Positions 1 to 14,800 of a stretch of 64,000 nt of DNA are shown here, piece by piece. The notes beneath the pieces were generated by a model. That model saw only the letters and a program-made list of their open reading frames with translations, was not told where the DNA came from and made no database searches. The DNA comes from Podarcis filfolensis. Its lineage: Eukaryota. Each line of letters begins with the position of its first letter. The stretch's first letter is position 1. The stretch is from NCBI GenBank assembly GCA_964270895.1, contig OZ185437.1; one strand, given 5' to 3'. The position numbers were made by a program, and so were the translations under genes.

Positions 1-159
1 ATCAGTCAGAAATGTTGCACAGGCAGTAAAACTTAGTTTAGTTCCAAATGGTGAAACGTCCTATATTATTGGTATAAGAACTAAAGAGTGGCTTGTGAGA
101 GCCATGCGGTTTGCGCTGGAGCAGCTAGCTCAAACCTCGTTACACGTTGCGTTTCTCAG

Positions 160-206
160 GTAGACAGAGGGAGGAACAAAGACTTGATTACCTAGTTCCT
201 CCCAAG
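160..206 (+). CDS. CCDC162: Candidate additional upstream CCDC162 exon (RQREEQRLDYLVPPK)
   Basis: Acceptor gcgtttctcag at 159 and strong donor AAG|gtgagc at 207; its phase-0 end fits the exon at 394. A competing open frame runs 2-160 (SVRNVAQAV...LHVAFLR), so exon structure in 1-340 is unresolved. Confidence 0.4.
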
Positions 207-393
207 GTGAGCTAATCAAGGCAGGATAGCTTACTTTGTGGTCTTAACCCCTTAATGCATTAATTAGACCAGCAATTTGGTTATTTGAGGCAGTTTATCC
301 CACAAGAACCATTAGATAATGGATTATCTGCATTAGGTAATGGGCTGTGGTGTAGATCTGTGTAAAAGGAAATGTGTGTCTTTAATGTTTCAG

Positions 394-3300
394 GAAGGAG
401 GTCTAAGTCTGAGGAGTCAGAGCAGTTCAGCAAGTAGAAGTTCTGTGGTTGGAACTGAAACAGAAGACCAGTTTCTGGCCACAGCACCATTGGTTTTACA
501 TTCCATTCGACATTTTGCAGCAGGACGCAGCATTTTAAAAAGGTAGGTTGGTAGTATAATGGGCTGCAGGGTGTTTTCCATGTATGTACGCACGCATGTT
601 TCAATGCACACGGCTCTTTCTTTCATTCTCACCCTGAGGCTACAGGTCTAAGCATTCTTACTAGGATGCAAGAACCACTGATATCTTCATGTTCCTGCCT
701 CTTCCAGCACTTTCAAAGACCGCCATTCCCATAGCTTATGGCATGCACGTATATCCATTGACATGATCCCACAGTGTTGCAGTTTGGCTCAATCCATACA
801 AGTATTCATTTACAATCTTATGGATATTTTTTACCAGCTTTTTTTGCTCTCCCCTTTCTGGCTGGGCAAGGAATGGATGAGAAATTAATTTATTTTACGT
901 CCTGCCATTCCTCAAAGAACCTCTATAATACTGTACTGGAGACACCCTACATGATGGGTCCTGCTCATACTGTTGGAATATGTATACACCTTCAGCTATA
1001 GAGGTGGTGTTGGATCACATTACGGGAAATAAGTGTTGTATTGTTAGAAAGGAGCCACAGCTGACAGATAGTATTTGCAAAGTCACTATATTTACAATAA
1101 GCATGGATTCCTTAGTTAAAGTCAGTCTGTTTAATCATGGCATAAATACTAAATGTTTATAAAGTGTAGATATGGGGTAAATATTAGTTGTTCAACTATG
1201 TAGTTTGCCTATTAACAGGAAAATGTCAGTATTTCTACCTTCAGGATAACATTATTGCTCATTCTCCAGGCCTCGAGAAGCTTTTGTCTCAATTCAGTTG
1301 GAGAAACAGGGTCCACGGGACATGATGCTGAACACGTTCATTCAAAAGAAACAAATCCTGGGGACTAGAATGCAAAATCCTGTAAGTGTGCCAGGAAATC
1401 ATCTCGGAATTTACTTACATTTTGTTGTATGTGTTTTCAGACTAACGCTTAGTGAACTTTATGGCTTCAGAATCAGTGCACTCCCAAATGTTTGGGAGTT
1501 GTTTAAAAACACACACACAATATTAGAAGCTCAAATGGAGTGTATTGTGGCAACTCGGCCTAATATAAACCAGCATGCTTTGGCACAAAAAAGTGGAAGC
1601 AGCTAGTAAGGGATGCGAAAAAAGAATTTGAGGACCACATTGCTAAATACATCAAGGCCAACAATAAGTTATTTAAATACATTACAGGGAGGTGGCTGGA
1701 TGACAAGGGAGTCAAAGATGTGCTAAAGAAGGATTAGGAGATTGTGGAAAAGCTGACTGAATTATTTGTAACTTTCTTCACAACAGAAAATATAGGGAAC
1801 ATTCTAGTGCTTGAACTAACGTTTGAAAAGGGGAGTCTGAGAAACGGAGGCAGATAGTGGTTATGAGAGATGAATTTTTAGGCCTGAAAAAGGGCAATCA
1901 CACACATCAATAGGATGGAGCAACTTCCCTATGAAGAGAGGTTGCAGCATTTGACTTTTTGAATACACAACTTTCCATTCACGTGTGTCTTTGTAAGATA
2001 ATATATATGCATAATTATGTAAAACTGGAAATCTTATGTAAAAAAAGCAAATGGTATAATTTGTTGCAGGAGGAAGTTGAAAAAGTCAAAAGAGAAGTTA
2101 TTGTTGAATACTGCCATAAGTAAGTACACAAAATCTATACAGCATATCTCCACCAAAGGCTAGTGGAGGTGGTTTGTATGAATGTATGTAAAAAGTTTAT
2201 TTTCCTATTCTCACTGCAGGCTGATGCTATATTATATTGGTACGATGTGGACATTTCAATAATGGGGAGACAAAGCCAAACAGTCTGTCCTTCGATCAGC
2301 TAGAAAATAGAAGAGAGTAATGTCCAAGCCTATAAGTAAAAAACAAAGAGCCTGCCAAAATGTAACAAAGCAAAACACAAACAACATAAATAATACTAAA
2401 ATAATTTCAACAGGGCCAGTTGGGAAGTAAAAGCAATCATGCTTCAGGCAGTTTCTGCAAATAAACTGCCTATATAAGAACAATTGTAATAATCTGGGTC
2501 ACAGCAGTTGTTAGACAGTCCATTATGTTCTGGGAAGGGGGAAGAGAGGGAGGAAGAGTGCTACCATTTATTCTTCCCTAACATTGAAAATACAATGTAT
2601 TTTACACAACACGTTTTGTCCATTCATGAGCAAGAGAGCACTAAGAAATTGCGAAGTTTCTTCTGTGCTAATATTTATAATTTGGATATGTCCTTTACAT
2701 TTCAGTGAAAGAAAACAAGAAAGCAGGGAAACTGGTTCTTCAGATATGAGCACTATAGTGTTTTGCTAATGCTAAACTTTGGTACCATTTTAGGATGAAC
2801 CATCGTATATCACAATACTCTCTTCGAAGTCAGATCATTGCTTATTACAACAGTTTAAAATCTATGCTAGATGATTTCCCCAGTGTGAGAGACAAATACT
2901 TCATGATTGGGTTACCGCAAGAGAAGAAAGAAAAACAAGAATTAAAAGAAAAGCCTGAAGATGATCCCAGGTATGTAAATACTCTAAGCTGCTTGTTTAT
3001 AGAATTCCATATCATGTTGTTTTGCTAATTGGGGACTGTGGGATTACTGCTGCTAGCCAATAGTTTATTTCTTTCTGGCTATTAGATAGATATAATCCCA
3101 TTAGAGAAAAAGGCAGAGTATAAATAAATTAACAACAACCCTGTGGGGTAGGTTAGGTGGAGAGACAGTGACAGGCCCAAGGTTCCGGTAAGCTTCATGG
3201 CAGAATGGGAATTTTAACCTGGCCTCCCCAATTCTAGTTCAGCATTCTAATCACTACACCTGTTTGGAAAGGTCAAAGGATATGAGGGTAAGCTTATAAA

Positions 3301-5838
3301 GAGAGGGAGAATCGTGTGAATAAAGCCTGTAAGTGTTATCTTCAAAGTGGGATTAGAAGCCCACCTCCCTTCCCCTGTTAGACGGTGAGGTAGCTTAGGA
3401 GGCTGCTATTTGGTTTGCTTGTTTTATCATATTTTCCTTTAGAAACTTGGAGCATCTTGTGGGGCCTTCTGCTGTCTCTCGTCTAATCACTTTATCAATT
3501 CCGCACCACCTCAGTTTCCACACTGCTGAGCCTATTTTTGCCACTGTTGTGTTGTGGGCCGCTTGGGAGAAACTTGTGTAAAAAGGCACCACTTAATGTA
3601 GTAATTATAAAATTATGGTTATATAGGTTATATTTCTTGTTTTTATATATGAATGTACCACATGCAGCAAACGAGAAACAACTGTATAGCTATTGTGCAA
3701 AAATACCTGTTGAGTGCCACAGAACATTGCGATGTGATTGTGCAAGTAATTCACTTTCCTCCCAAAACAACTCAGGTCATTCCAGACACGGCCTCGTGGT
3801 TTGCTGTCCACAGATGGACGGTCCTTCTTGAATCTGTGGTTCATCCCTCACCCTTCTGAAATCCTATCTGTGTTTAAAATGCTACCAGAGAAGGTTTGTA
3901 CGCTATAGTCCTGAAGAAAACTCTTGTCAATCAAACTGTATAGATCATGGTGGTCTAACATGCTGCCCTTGATTCCTTTTTTGGTGGCCCCCTAGCAACA
4001 TTTGGCGCCCCTCCCAGTCCTTGCACTGCCTTCCCAAGCTGGGTAAGTGAGGCACTGTGATTTGGGAAGGAGGTGTGAGGGCTCTGACAGGGTCCTTTCT
4101 AAAGCCTAGTTAGCACTTTTTGAGCATGGGGGGGAAAAGATGGGAGGGCTCTAGGACCCTGCCAGAGCCTCGTGCCTCTTTCCCAATGCCCTGTCCTGCA
4201 CTTATCCAACTTTGAGAAGGCAGCAAATTTGGCTGGGAGGAGGACATTTCCATGAATGGGGCGTTCCATTCGCAGAAGTACCTCCCTCCCTTTTCTCCAG
4301 TCCCTTGCACCACAACCTTTACTCCCGGAAGCAGCCGACAATTAAAATCCACACAAAGATAAGAGGCTGTATGAGTCGCAGAGTCACAGGGCTGCAGTGG
4401 CAAAGGAGACTTGCCCAGAATCTAGCAGAAGCACCCTGTATGAACAGAGTTGCATGCAGTTTGGGCCCATCCCCCCACCCTTGCAGTGTCCTGTGTAGCC
4501 TTTGGATTCAACCCAATGTAATTAAGAGTGTGTGATTAGGCAAAGATTGGTCTCTTCTGCCCATGGCAATTAGTAAAACACTTGGTAAAACAATTCAAGT
4601 TCTCTCCAGTGGGAGAGAGGATTCCAGGGGGGAATGGGTGATCACCAGCTGTCTAGCAGCCATGGTGGAGAGAGCCTTCTGAACTCCATCAGCTGCCTGA
4701 GGCATGGTAACAGTTGTAAGAGGGAGGAACTTAAGACCTTAAAACTGAAAACCCCACTCATTTCTTGAATATTAGATGTTCTATTGCTATATGATGAGAT
4801 ACATGGGAGGGAGGCAGCTACAAAATTAACCCCTAAGCAAAAACTGGTCCTCTCCAGTGGTAATCCCAAAATCTACCAACTCAAGTGGACTGCCTCTTTT
4901 GTCTAATGGCAGAACTACCCTTGAATGAAATAAATATAGAAAGCCTATGGGATATTAGTAATATTTTCTGGAATGGATTTTGAACTGTTAGTAAAGGCAG
5001 CAGTCCAATCTAGACACTCCCTTGAGGTGTTTTCAGATGAGGCCTCAATATTGCCAATGGGTTGTTGGCAACCATTTCTTTTAACTTATTGGATTTCCCC
5101 CAGAAATAGGGGGGAAATGATTAAATGGGGGTGGGGGCAAGCTGGTGTTTTGATGTTGATGATGTTGTGTGATGCTGCAGTGCATGAGAAGCACTGATCC
5201 AGGCCCATGCAGAGCTTGCCTAAGGCCCAGGGCAAGAGTCTTGAGTTATAAACTCAAACAAAAAAAGCACCTGGTCCCTGGTGGGGCCCCCCAGCCAGCT
5301 TAGCCCTCTGAGGCCCAGGGCAAGTGTACCTGGCTGCCCCCCTCCCCTGTGTGGGCCTGCACTGATCCCACAATTAATACCCATTAGATTGCAAATAGCA
5401 GCTGCTGCTTTCAGTTTGTGATTGCTAAATGGCTAGTTGATTATGATTTGTGTTTAATTTTTGAAAGATTTTTCTCCCTGTATTTCCTTCCCTTTTCTAC
5501 AGACTGGCTTCAGAGCCCTGAGGCAGACACTGCAAATTGTTGCAGCTTTTCACGACATTATTTCCTACATTTTCAGCTTTGCACAGCTAGGAAATGCAAC
5601 AGGCTGCCTTGATTATGTGTGTCCTCCTGACCATCTCACTGCAGAATGGGGAGGGACTGAATGGATCGGTTAGTAACAGATGTTCTTCTTTGAAACAGAT
5701 AATGAATGTAAGGGCAAGTTTGAAATGCGCTGTTCAAAGGAATACTTTGGGTATAGATGTCTTAAATCAGAAACTGCACATTTATGCTTAACATCTGTGA
5801 TTTTCTCTCTCTTTCCCTCTCCCTCTCTGTGTGTGTGT

Positions 5839-5874
<36 letters not shown>

Positions 5875-8800
5875 TTTTCAAATTAAGAGCTTCTGGTTTG
5901 GGAAATATTTCCTCAAATCATATTGACTGGTGATCCAGTCATGTATGGGTTTTCCTGGAGCGGGGGAGGGGGGTCTTTCCCTCACACATTTGACACAGTT
6001 AAAGTTAAACATTTCTGGTTTTTTGTGGTAAATATTCTTACTTGATTGTCTTTGATGCTCTATGAGACTGTAATCTGATATCAGTGAGATTTACTGCTGA
6101 GTGAAACATCTTCAGCTGAATTGTCAGATGTTCTAAAGAAGGACATCCAGTTCATTGAAACAAAAGATGGGCAGGGAGGCGTTTTCTGGGCCCATATTTA
6201 AACTACAAACAGCTGTACAGGCCTAATTTAATGAAAAGGTACTATACATTTGCTATTATGTATTCTGTTGGATCTTGTTCACAAACCAAATCATTCAATC
6301 AAATAATGTTTTAACCGTCTGCTGAAATGGTTATATTGTATGGCTTGCTGATAGCTGAGACTCATAAGCTGGCTTTTGTCAGAGTTTTCTCTAGAATGGA
6401 ACGTGGTTGTATTTTACCAGTTCTTAGGTTATGCCTGACTGTGTGTGTGCATCCATGCCCATGAGTGGATATATGCATGCATGTTTAGACTCATGATCTT
6501 TGTGCATGTTTGCACTAGGGTGTGACATACACGCTGCTGATGTTGATTGTGTGGGGTGCTTTCAAGAAGTAAGGAGCAAAGTAATGTTTCTATAAGAAAC
6601 TAGGCAACTTTCTCTGCAATGGTTAAAAATAGATTGGGTGTGCATTCTGATCCTATCCTTGGCTGTAATTACAAGGGCTGAGCCAGTTTGCCTCCTTGGA
6701 TTTTTTGCCATCCTTGGGACTGTAGGGACTGAGCTCCTGTTGTCCCAATGCCACCATTGCCTCCCATAGGTTTCAGCTTGGACTGAAATTAAATGGGTAG
6801 AAGCATTGGATGTAAGAATGAAATAAAGAAGGGAAATAAATGCCAGGATATTTTATTTATGCCTGCTGTTGGGATTCTAGGAATTGAGCTCCAAGACCTG
6901 CAGAAAAAAATAGACAATCTTCATAGTCCCTCAGATCCAAAGAAAGTGGCCCAGATGCTGGGCATGCACAGAGAAGTTACACTTCTGCAATTTGAGGCAG
7001 CTGTTAGACATTCTGTGCGGTAAGAGATTAGCATAGCTCAAAAATAAGGATGTTGATTCAAGTTGGGGGAAATGTCAAAAGGAAGGATCTGGCAGGTGTT
7101 TTCTTTAAGGCTGAAACTACACATTATGAGAAGTTGTATATCACTTTCCCCTGATTCTTTAAATTTCTTTTAACCAAAAGCTGTCATATGAAGCTGTGGA
7201 TTTAAATAGAGGAAGGGAGATGCACAGAGGCTGCCTATTCCCCACCCCGGCCATTTGCTCCACTCAAAAGTAGCTCCCTGCTGTTTTCCCATTTATTTGA
7301 GAAAACATACAAGTACCACTATCTTTTCCCCTGCCAGCTAAAAAGCAGCTGGGGGCAGGGGCAAATTTTTTGAGGACAAAAATGGCAGTGAAAAAGAGTT
7401 ACGCAACCTGTCTTTCTCCCCTGCCCCATCATTCCTTCATTTAAATTTGCAGCTTCTTGAGTTTGCTTTTAGTTGTCTTTTTTATATATATTAGCTGGGG
7501 AAAGTTGCACATGATTGTGTGTTTGTGTGTTTCAGCCTGTGATTCCAAAACTTATAATAGCAGCGCCACCTGCGTTCTTACACCTGCTGTTTTGCTTTTA
7601 TTGGAAACCTTTCCGAAAAACGAATTCTGAAAATAGCAGGTTTCGGTATTGTGCACCAAAGCCACCTTTAAAATTTCTGATCATGGGAGGTGTACATCTA
7701 GCAATATTTTAAACACTGGTTAATCTCAAGAAGATATATAATAAAGATATTTAAATGAAATCAATGTTTTCTTTGTTCATTTCCATGTGTTGCAAAAAGG
7801 TACTGCATTTCTGTGTTTTTGTAGAACCCCATGCTGTAATACATAGATTTAAGATAGTTGGTCATTCAGATTATTTAATCTGCACATTAGCCACTAAGAA
7901 GGTTTAAAATAATATAGCATCCTTCACTAACCAGGTCCCCTCTAGAAGTTTTATACTACAGTTGCCATCCGTCCCAGCCAGGATGTCCAGACCTGAAGGG
8001 AGAACTTGCACATCTGCCCTGTGGTGAAATGTGTGTGAGTTCCAAATGCACATAGGTTAGGAGCCGGAGTAAACTCTCAACAGTGAGAGAGTACAGTGGG
8101 TTTGCTTGCTTTCTCCATCTTGAATCATAGAGTTGGACGGAACCCTGAGGATCATCTAGGGGTTGGGAGAGTTCTTGAATTCTACCAGAAATGCTACATT
8201 GATTGCTATTGCTCAGGGGCATATTTATACAAGAGGCGTAGGAATAATGGGAGTCATAGTTCTATGAGGAATAGGTCTTAAGCAGAGAATTCTCAGCATC
8301 CATTCCTGATCTCAGATTTCCTGATTTCCAGGATTTGGGGGAAGAAAACCATAACAGTTAAACTAGCCTAAAACCTCTCTTCAAAAAGCAGGGCTTCTCA
8401 CTAAAGGGCAAATCTCATGTCACTTCCAAGTGAAGTTCATCGTCATGCTAATTTTCTAAATTATGGATGTATGGAGCAGTTTGAAAATAAGTACATGTTA
8501 AAATCAGACCTTTTAAAAAAAACATTGATTAATAAATAGGAAATAATTTTATTGTATTTGCTTTTATAATGTATTTTTTTTTCTGGTAACCCTCCAGAGA
8601 AGCATTTTTATCATCTGGAAATGTTTCTGCCTATCAGAGCATTACGGATCACATTTACCATGGCTTGCCTCCCATAAGTAACACCACTGTTGGAAGTGCC
8701 TTTGCTTCCCAGCTCCGGCTTCCGCAGCCACTAGACCCACTTGGCCACAGAGTGAGTAAAATAGTCTTCCAAAGATTCCTCTTCCTTAACTGTTTCCTTC

Positions 8801-11800
8801 TCTTTTGTACCATTGTTAGCTGTGCAATCAGCACAAGGCTATATGTATGTGTCTCTTTGTTGAAAAAGCCAAGATGTCTCCTTGGGGTATTTTCACAAAA
8901 TACAAAAGTTTCATCACAAACAGTCTCCAGGTTTTTTTAGCCATTTCTCTTTTCGCCAGTCCACTCTAGTCCACCAGCAGTGGTATAACTGATGTCAAAA
9001 TCTGAGTCTTTTGAGTCTCTTGCATCCTAAATCTCATGATGGCTTAGGACCCAAAGCACTTGGTTCACCTCCTTATGGCAGCCAATGGTCTCTTCTCTTA
9101 CTTAGGTGGTTCCCTGCTTGTGGTAGCAGGTGGCCCAGCTCTATTGCTGTGTGGCACAATCTGTGGTCTTAACTGCCATCACAAGACAGCACAGTGTGGA
9201 TAGCATGCAAAGGTGCAGTTTTTGCACAGAGTCAAGCCTGGTGGCTCATTAACTGCAAACTAGCAGCTGCTGTGGGCACAGGACAGAATTGGCTGCCAAA
9301 AGCAGATCACTGCTGTGCACTGCCCCTGGATCAACTGGTATCTTGGGTATAACTATATTAATGATATAATTAGCAATCATATTGTGGGCTTTTAAAAATT
9401 AAATACCAGGCACATGGAGGGTGGGAGGGCAGAGAATGTCATCACTGGCATCGCAGCCTATAGGGAGAGGGCTTTAATTTCAGTAAAAATTCACCTTCCC
9501 CGCACATGGCAGCTATCATTATTAGGAAAATACATCTTGTTTATGTCAATGTAAGTTTTATCCTAATACTATTTGCTGTATGGAGGGGAGGTGGATTTGA
9601 GAAAGGCTTAAGCCTCCCCATAAAAAATATAACACTTCCCCCCCCTCCAGCTTTTCCCTGATCTGGTATTTAGAGTTGCATCCAATGAAGTAACAGTGGT
9701 ACCTCAGGTTACAGACACCTCAGGTTACAGACTCCGCTAACCCAGAAGTAGTACCTTGGGTTAAGAACTTTACCTCAGGATGAGAACAGAAATTGTGCGC
9801 TGGTGGCATGGTAGCAGCGGGAGGCCCCATTAGCTAAAGTGATACCTCAGGTTAAGAACGGTTTCAGGTTAAGAATGGACCTCCAGAATGAATTAAGTTC
9901 TTAACCAGAGGTACCACTATGTTTTGATTAGCACAAGAACTTCCACCTGTAAGCATTGAGCAGCTGTTGGGTAGTTACATTGTCCCACAGGGGTCTTCTT
10001 TTGTACCTGGCTTGATTTCAAGATGAACTGTAACGGATAAAAGGAAAGAATAGGGGCATGATTTGGTGAAGTTGGGTAGCCTTACTGCCACTTTCTGCCT
10101 AGCAGAGAAAGGTGCATACTGTTAGTGAAACTGCATTTTATGATATTTGGTTTATATGTGCTTGTTGCTTAATATTACATTTTAAAGTTGCAACTCTTTG
10201 TTTTTAGGCAGTGTTGTTGTTCCCGTGGAGAACATTCCTAGCAAACACAGGTCCATTTCCTGTTATTATCAGCAACCTAGACCCCATAAACTATAATATG
10301 CAGGTATGGTACTCTTATTACCTCTAAGGTGCACTTTAAATTCATCTGGGGGCTGACATCCCTACTAACCAACCCAACTTAGAATTGTTTTTATGTGCAG
10401 TTGTTCTTAACCAATTTTATATATGTATCCTTAATATATGTCATTATATTGTAAATTGCTTTGAGGTGCCTCGTCACGGGAAGCGATAAATAAATAAAGT
10501 ATTTTGCAAGTAAAAATTGACTGACTGACCTTTCTAGCTATGTCTGTGTGGACTGAATGATGAGGATCGAAAAGTAGTCCATGGGGAGCTGGTTGAGATG
10601 CAGCTTGCAATGGAGGATGTACTCTGGAGTAATTATGAGGGTCTGAATGGTCATGGAGAACAGAGAACATCTTTTGGAAAGGTAAATTAGAGACAGCAAC
10701 TCACTGACATCTGGCATCATCTTTGCATGAACAGTTCAGTTTAACTAATGTGGTTTTTATTCCTTTTTTGTAAAAAGATCTAGTCAAGTTTCAAGTTAAA
10801 CAAAATCACATGGTTGCAGCACTTGCTGGAATGTAGCATGTTAGAAGATATTATATGGGATCTTATATTAGAATTGTGTACTACTGTATATATGAATACA
10901 AAACCTCTGCATGTAAACTGGCAAGCGTGTGTCAGAGGTGACTTACACAAATGGCACAGTAGATGACTGAGCCAATCAGAATGCTAACAAATGTGTACAG
11001 TTTTGTACCTCTTGAGGTTCTTCTCTTTATCAATGTGAGTAGTATGAGGTGATGCAGCTTTTGTGTCTAAAACATCTGCTCTGCTACATTTTCTCTTCTT
11101 GCAACACTAGTTAACACTGTAATGCAGCCCTGCCTGTCACTGTACAATTACTCGGTCTCTCTAATCCTCCCTCACATATACACAGAGAAGTCCAATCTCC
11201 CTTCAATTCACTTAGTGTGGAATGGGTTTTTGTGCAGGAGAAGCAGAAAGGATAGCTTCCGGCCCTTCTGCCAACTTCTGAGGGCATGGCTGGCTTGTGA
11301 GTGGCTGATCAAAAGCCACCTGTCAATCAGAGCACACCTGGGTCAAGAGATGACTGTAACCAACAGACCTTTGTTCTCCATACTCCATCTGTCTTTCAGT
11401 GCTGCTACATCATGTGTGAGGAGACCAGAAGCAGCTACAGCAGGATAGATACAACTGAACTAAAATTGTTTTCTTAATTTTCTTAAAAGCACCATTCTGC
11501 CGCTTCTCTTTGTCATCCTAACTTTTATTCTTAATTAACTTATTAATATTGACTGTTCAGTTTGTGTATGCATTTCTGCCAGGCTCAATTATTTCTTTCT
11601 CTTGTGCCTAGACCATTTGGCTTCATGCTTCACATGCATTTATAAGTGGGATTTGACAGAGAAAAACAAGCTACCTTGGGCTCTGGTGAGAGACCAGGAA
11701 GCTGGGTGCTTTCTCTCTGTTTCTCCTCATATAAATATTTACCTTGGACCCTCAGGTTTCATATTCCCCACCCCCAGATTGGATGGCATGTAAGGAAAGT

Positions 11801-14800
11801 GGTAGGCATCTACTTAAGAGTCCCTAGCATGGCTAGCCTATCCAGACTGGCAGTCATGGCAGGAAGAGAGAGTAAAAGTCTTCCCTGCCATTATAAATGC
11901 ATTCTGGCTTTAAGCTTCTGTGTCTGACGCTTTCCCCACAATGATTTTAGCAGAAATTGGCAATGACAACTGAAGCAAGTGGAAAGGCTTCAAAAGCACT
12001 GTTGGAGCTGCCTGATTCAGTGGCTTCAAGTTCCTTGCAGAAATCTTACCTGATACTGTGGAAGCAACTGGAAATTTTAAAAGCAGAATGGGGAAGGCTT
12101 AAATTAAAAGTTGATGATATCAACACAGTTCCTCTATACAAGCAATTTACTGAACTATACAGGTAAGTTCCATTTCCATGTAATAGAGTGAAGGTTAATC
12201 ATCAACAGTGCAGACAACAAAGTAAAGGAAAAAACCAGTACTCAGTGCTTTTTTGTTTTCCTGGGTTTTCCTTGCTGTTTTATTATAAATTTGATTTCAT
12301 TTTCAGCAGTTAAAACTAGATTACTAGGATACACGGCATTTCAAAATCTTGTCTATAAAAAAGTGGGGTGGGATGGAAAGGAAAATAAAGTGGAAAAGGG
12401 CTTTCTTTTCCTTGGCTTTCTCCACTGCAACCAGAAACCAACCGCAGAGTGTTTAATAAGGCACAAGGATGCAGGAACCTGCCCCACCCACCCTGCCCAT
12501 GGTACATTATGATGACTAAGTTACTGTATAATGTGATTCATAAGGAAAGCATTTTACTTGTATTCCAGTCATCCTCACAACAACCTTATAAGTGGCGAGA
12601 GAGTGACTTTCTTGCTTGCAATCAGCCAGTTAGAAATGTGATCTATGAGGCTTGTGGTCTCATACACAGTGTAGATGATCAGTTGTAGGTTTCCTGATGG
12701 TTGGTGAGGGACAAAGCACCATTTTATCAGTCCAGTTAGATCCCATCTCACACTTCCTAGGTAAATCTTTTAACTCCTTTAGGGAAATTGTGAGGAGATG
12801 GCTGACACGGGATCAGGGAAGTGGCTCTCTTGACAATGTATCGCTAGGATTTCTTGATTTTCCTGCCAAACAGGATTCAATTAGGTGCTTTTTGAGTGTA
12901 TAGGAAAAGGAACATGCCTTATTCTGGAGGCATAATGGAGTCAGAAGTTCAGATTTTGACACATTCCCAACATGGAATTCGCTTTCTTCACAATTGCCAC
13001 ACATTGGGTCAATATATGACCCCCAGATTTCATTGTTTATCATTCACCAACCCTTCAGACCTCATGAGCAACACATTGATGTGAAATTAAGAAACTTTTT
13101 TTGCCCCAATTTTCATCACTTTACACTTGCACTGCTCATTTACCCAGTTTGGAGAGATTCTTCACAATCCCTTTCTGTTCTAACACCGTTGAAAAAAAAT
13201 GGTATTATCATCAAACCTGGCTGCCTCAATCACAATGAGTCTAAATCCTTTATGAACAAGTTTAAAGGCACATAGAAAATTGTAATATTGAGGGCATGCT
13301 AGAAACCAATGCAAAATAAATGGAAAACATTAAACAAGAGAAATTAAGCATGTACAATGTCTGTATCTCTGCATTTTTCTAGTACTGAAGTTCTGTATCC
13401 TGCTATGAGAAGCATAGCTATACATATGGGTATAGAAGATGAACTTGAAGGATTTGGATTGACATATCACTCTATTCTGCCCCCTAAAGACGCTTCAGAA
13501 ACCGAGATAAAAACACACCAGGTAAAACATAGCTAACAGGCAAGCAGAATACAAAAAGAGAATGATTTTATACTTTTTAAAATTGTAGTGAAATATAGTT
13601 TCTGTGGTACATTAGAATCCCATACATTAGAATCCTTCCCAGCAGCTTAAGATAGTACAAATGCTGTGAGCTATCTGTTCATATTTTACTTGTTGCAAAC
13701 AAATCTTTAACATGACTATGCTCCCTACATAATGGCTGACTAAGCCTCCACCACCCTCCACACACACACACATCCGCCCTGATCTTACAGACACAGGTAG
13801 CCTGAATAGTGTCTTCAGGCAGAAGAAGTTACCTTAATGGTTTTCTTCAAGCAGAAGTTTTGTATCTGACTCTGAAGCTGTTCGGAAAGTTTGTAGAGGC
13901 ATATATGATAGTGGCTTGTGCTCCTGGCAAATGGTTCAGATAACCTTAGACAACATGGCCCACCAAACCAAATGCCGCTCAGCAGGTATTTGTTGGAAAC
14001 ATGCTTATACCAAATAAAAGTATTGCTCCAGCCATTGCTTACACAGTATTGTTTACACAGCCTAGCAGTGACTCTGCCTCTGAGCTGAAATGTTTGGTGA
14101 CTTGCTTGGGGCTTGATAACTCTCCTGTTTTTCCTGTCCCCACCAAGCAGCAAAAACCAGGAAGTTTATAAAGCCCTAAATACATTCATCAGGTCAAAAG
14201 GCCTGAGTCAACCTTTTTGACAGGTCAGTCCTCAGCTCACAGTACCTCTGGCATTGCTCCTGATGCTCTCTGACAATAACTGTCAAAATATTGTTGTATA
14301 AAAATGTACTTTTGCTAGATTTATGATTTTTTAAAGCTGTCAGGCTGTCACTTGATTAAAGAAATCTTAGGCAATTAATCAAATTAATTTTCATAGTTTA
14401 ATCAATTAAATACACATAAATAAGTCATTGTTTTGAAGAAAAAGCATACTGTTTTAGTATAGTGCATGCAAATGTTGTACCACTGTAGACGTGCGCTTTC
14501 CTATTACTTGAGAGCGCAGGGAGACTGCCTCTTCCAAGACAGACCTGCAGTCTCATTAGTACTATCATTTTAAAAACAATACACTTTAAAATATGTGTTG
14601 TCTATTTAATTCAGATCCCATTTTAGCCTATTTTAAAATACATTAAAGTGATTGATTTAAAATTTTATCCCATTGATCAGTTAAAGATTGTAGGCCTTAA
14701 AAATGATTAAAGCTGCTGCTGCCTCATTTAGAGTTTGGCCTTTACTTTGCCATTTTAGGAAGTCTAAAGTGACCATATACTTTCTGAAGAAACATGGCTT

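Noticed and set aside
708-900. Possible extra CCDC162 exon after acceptor cttccag at 707
   Set aside because: No convincing phase-compatible donor or recognisable homology; 542 to 1270 already joins in frame. Not fully excluded.
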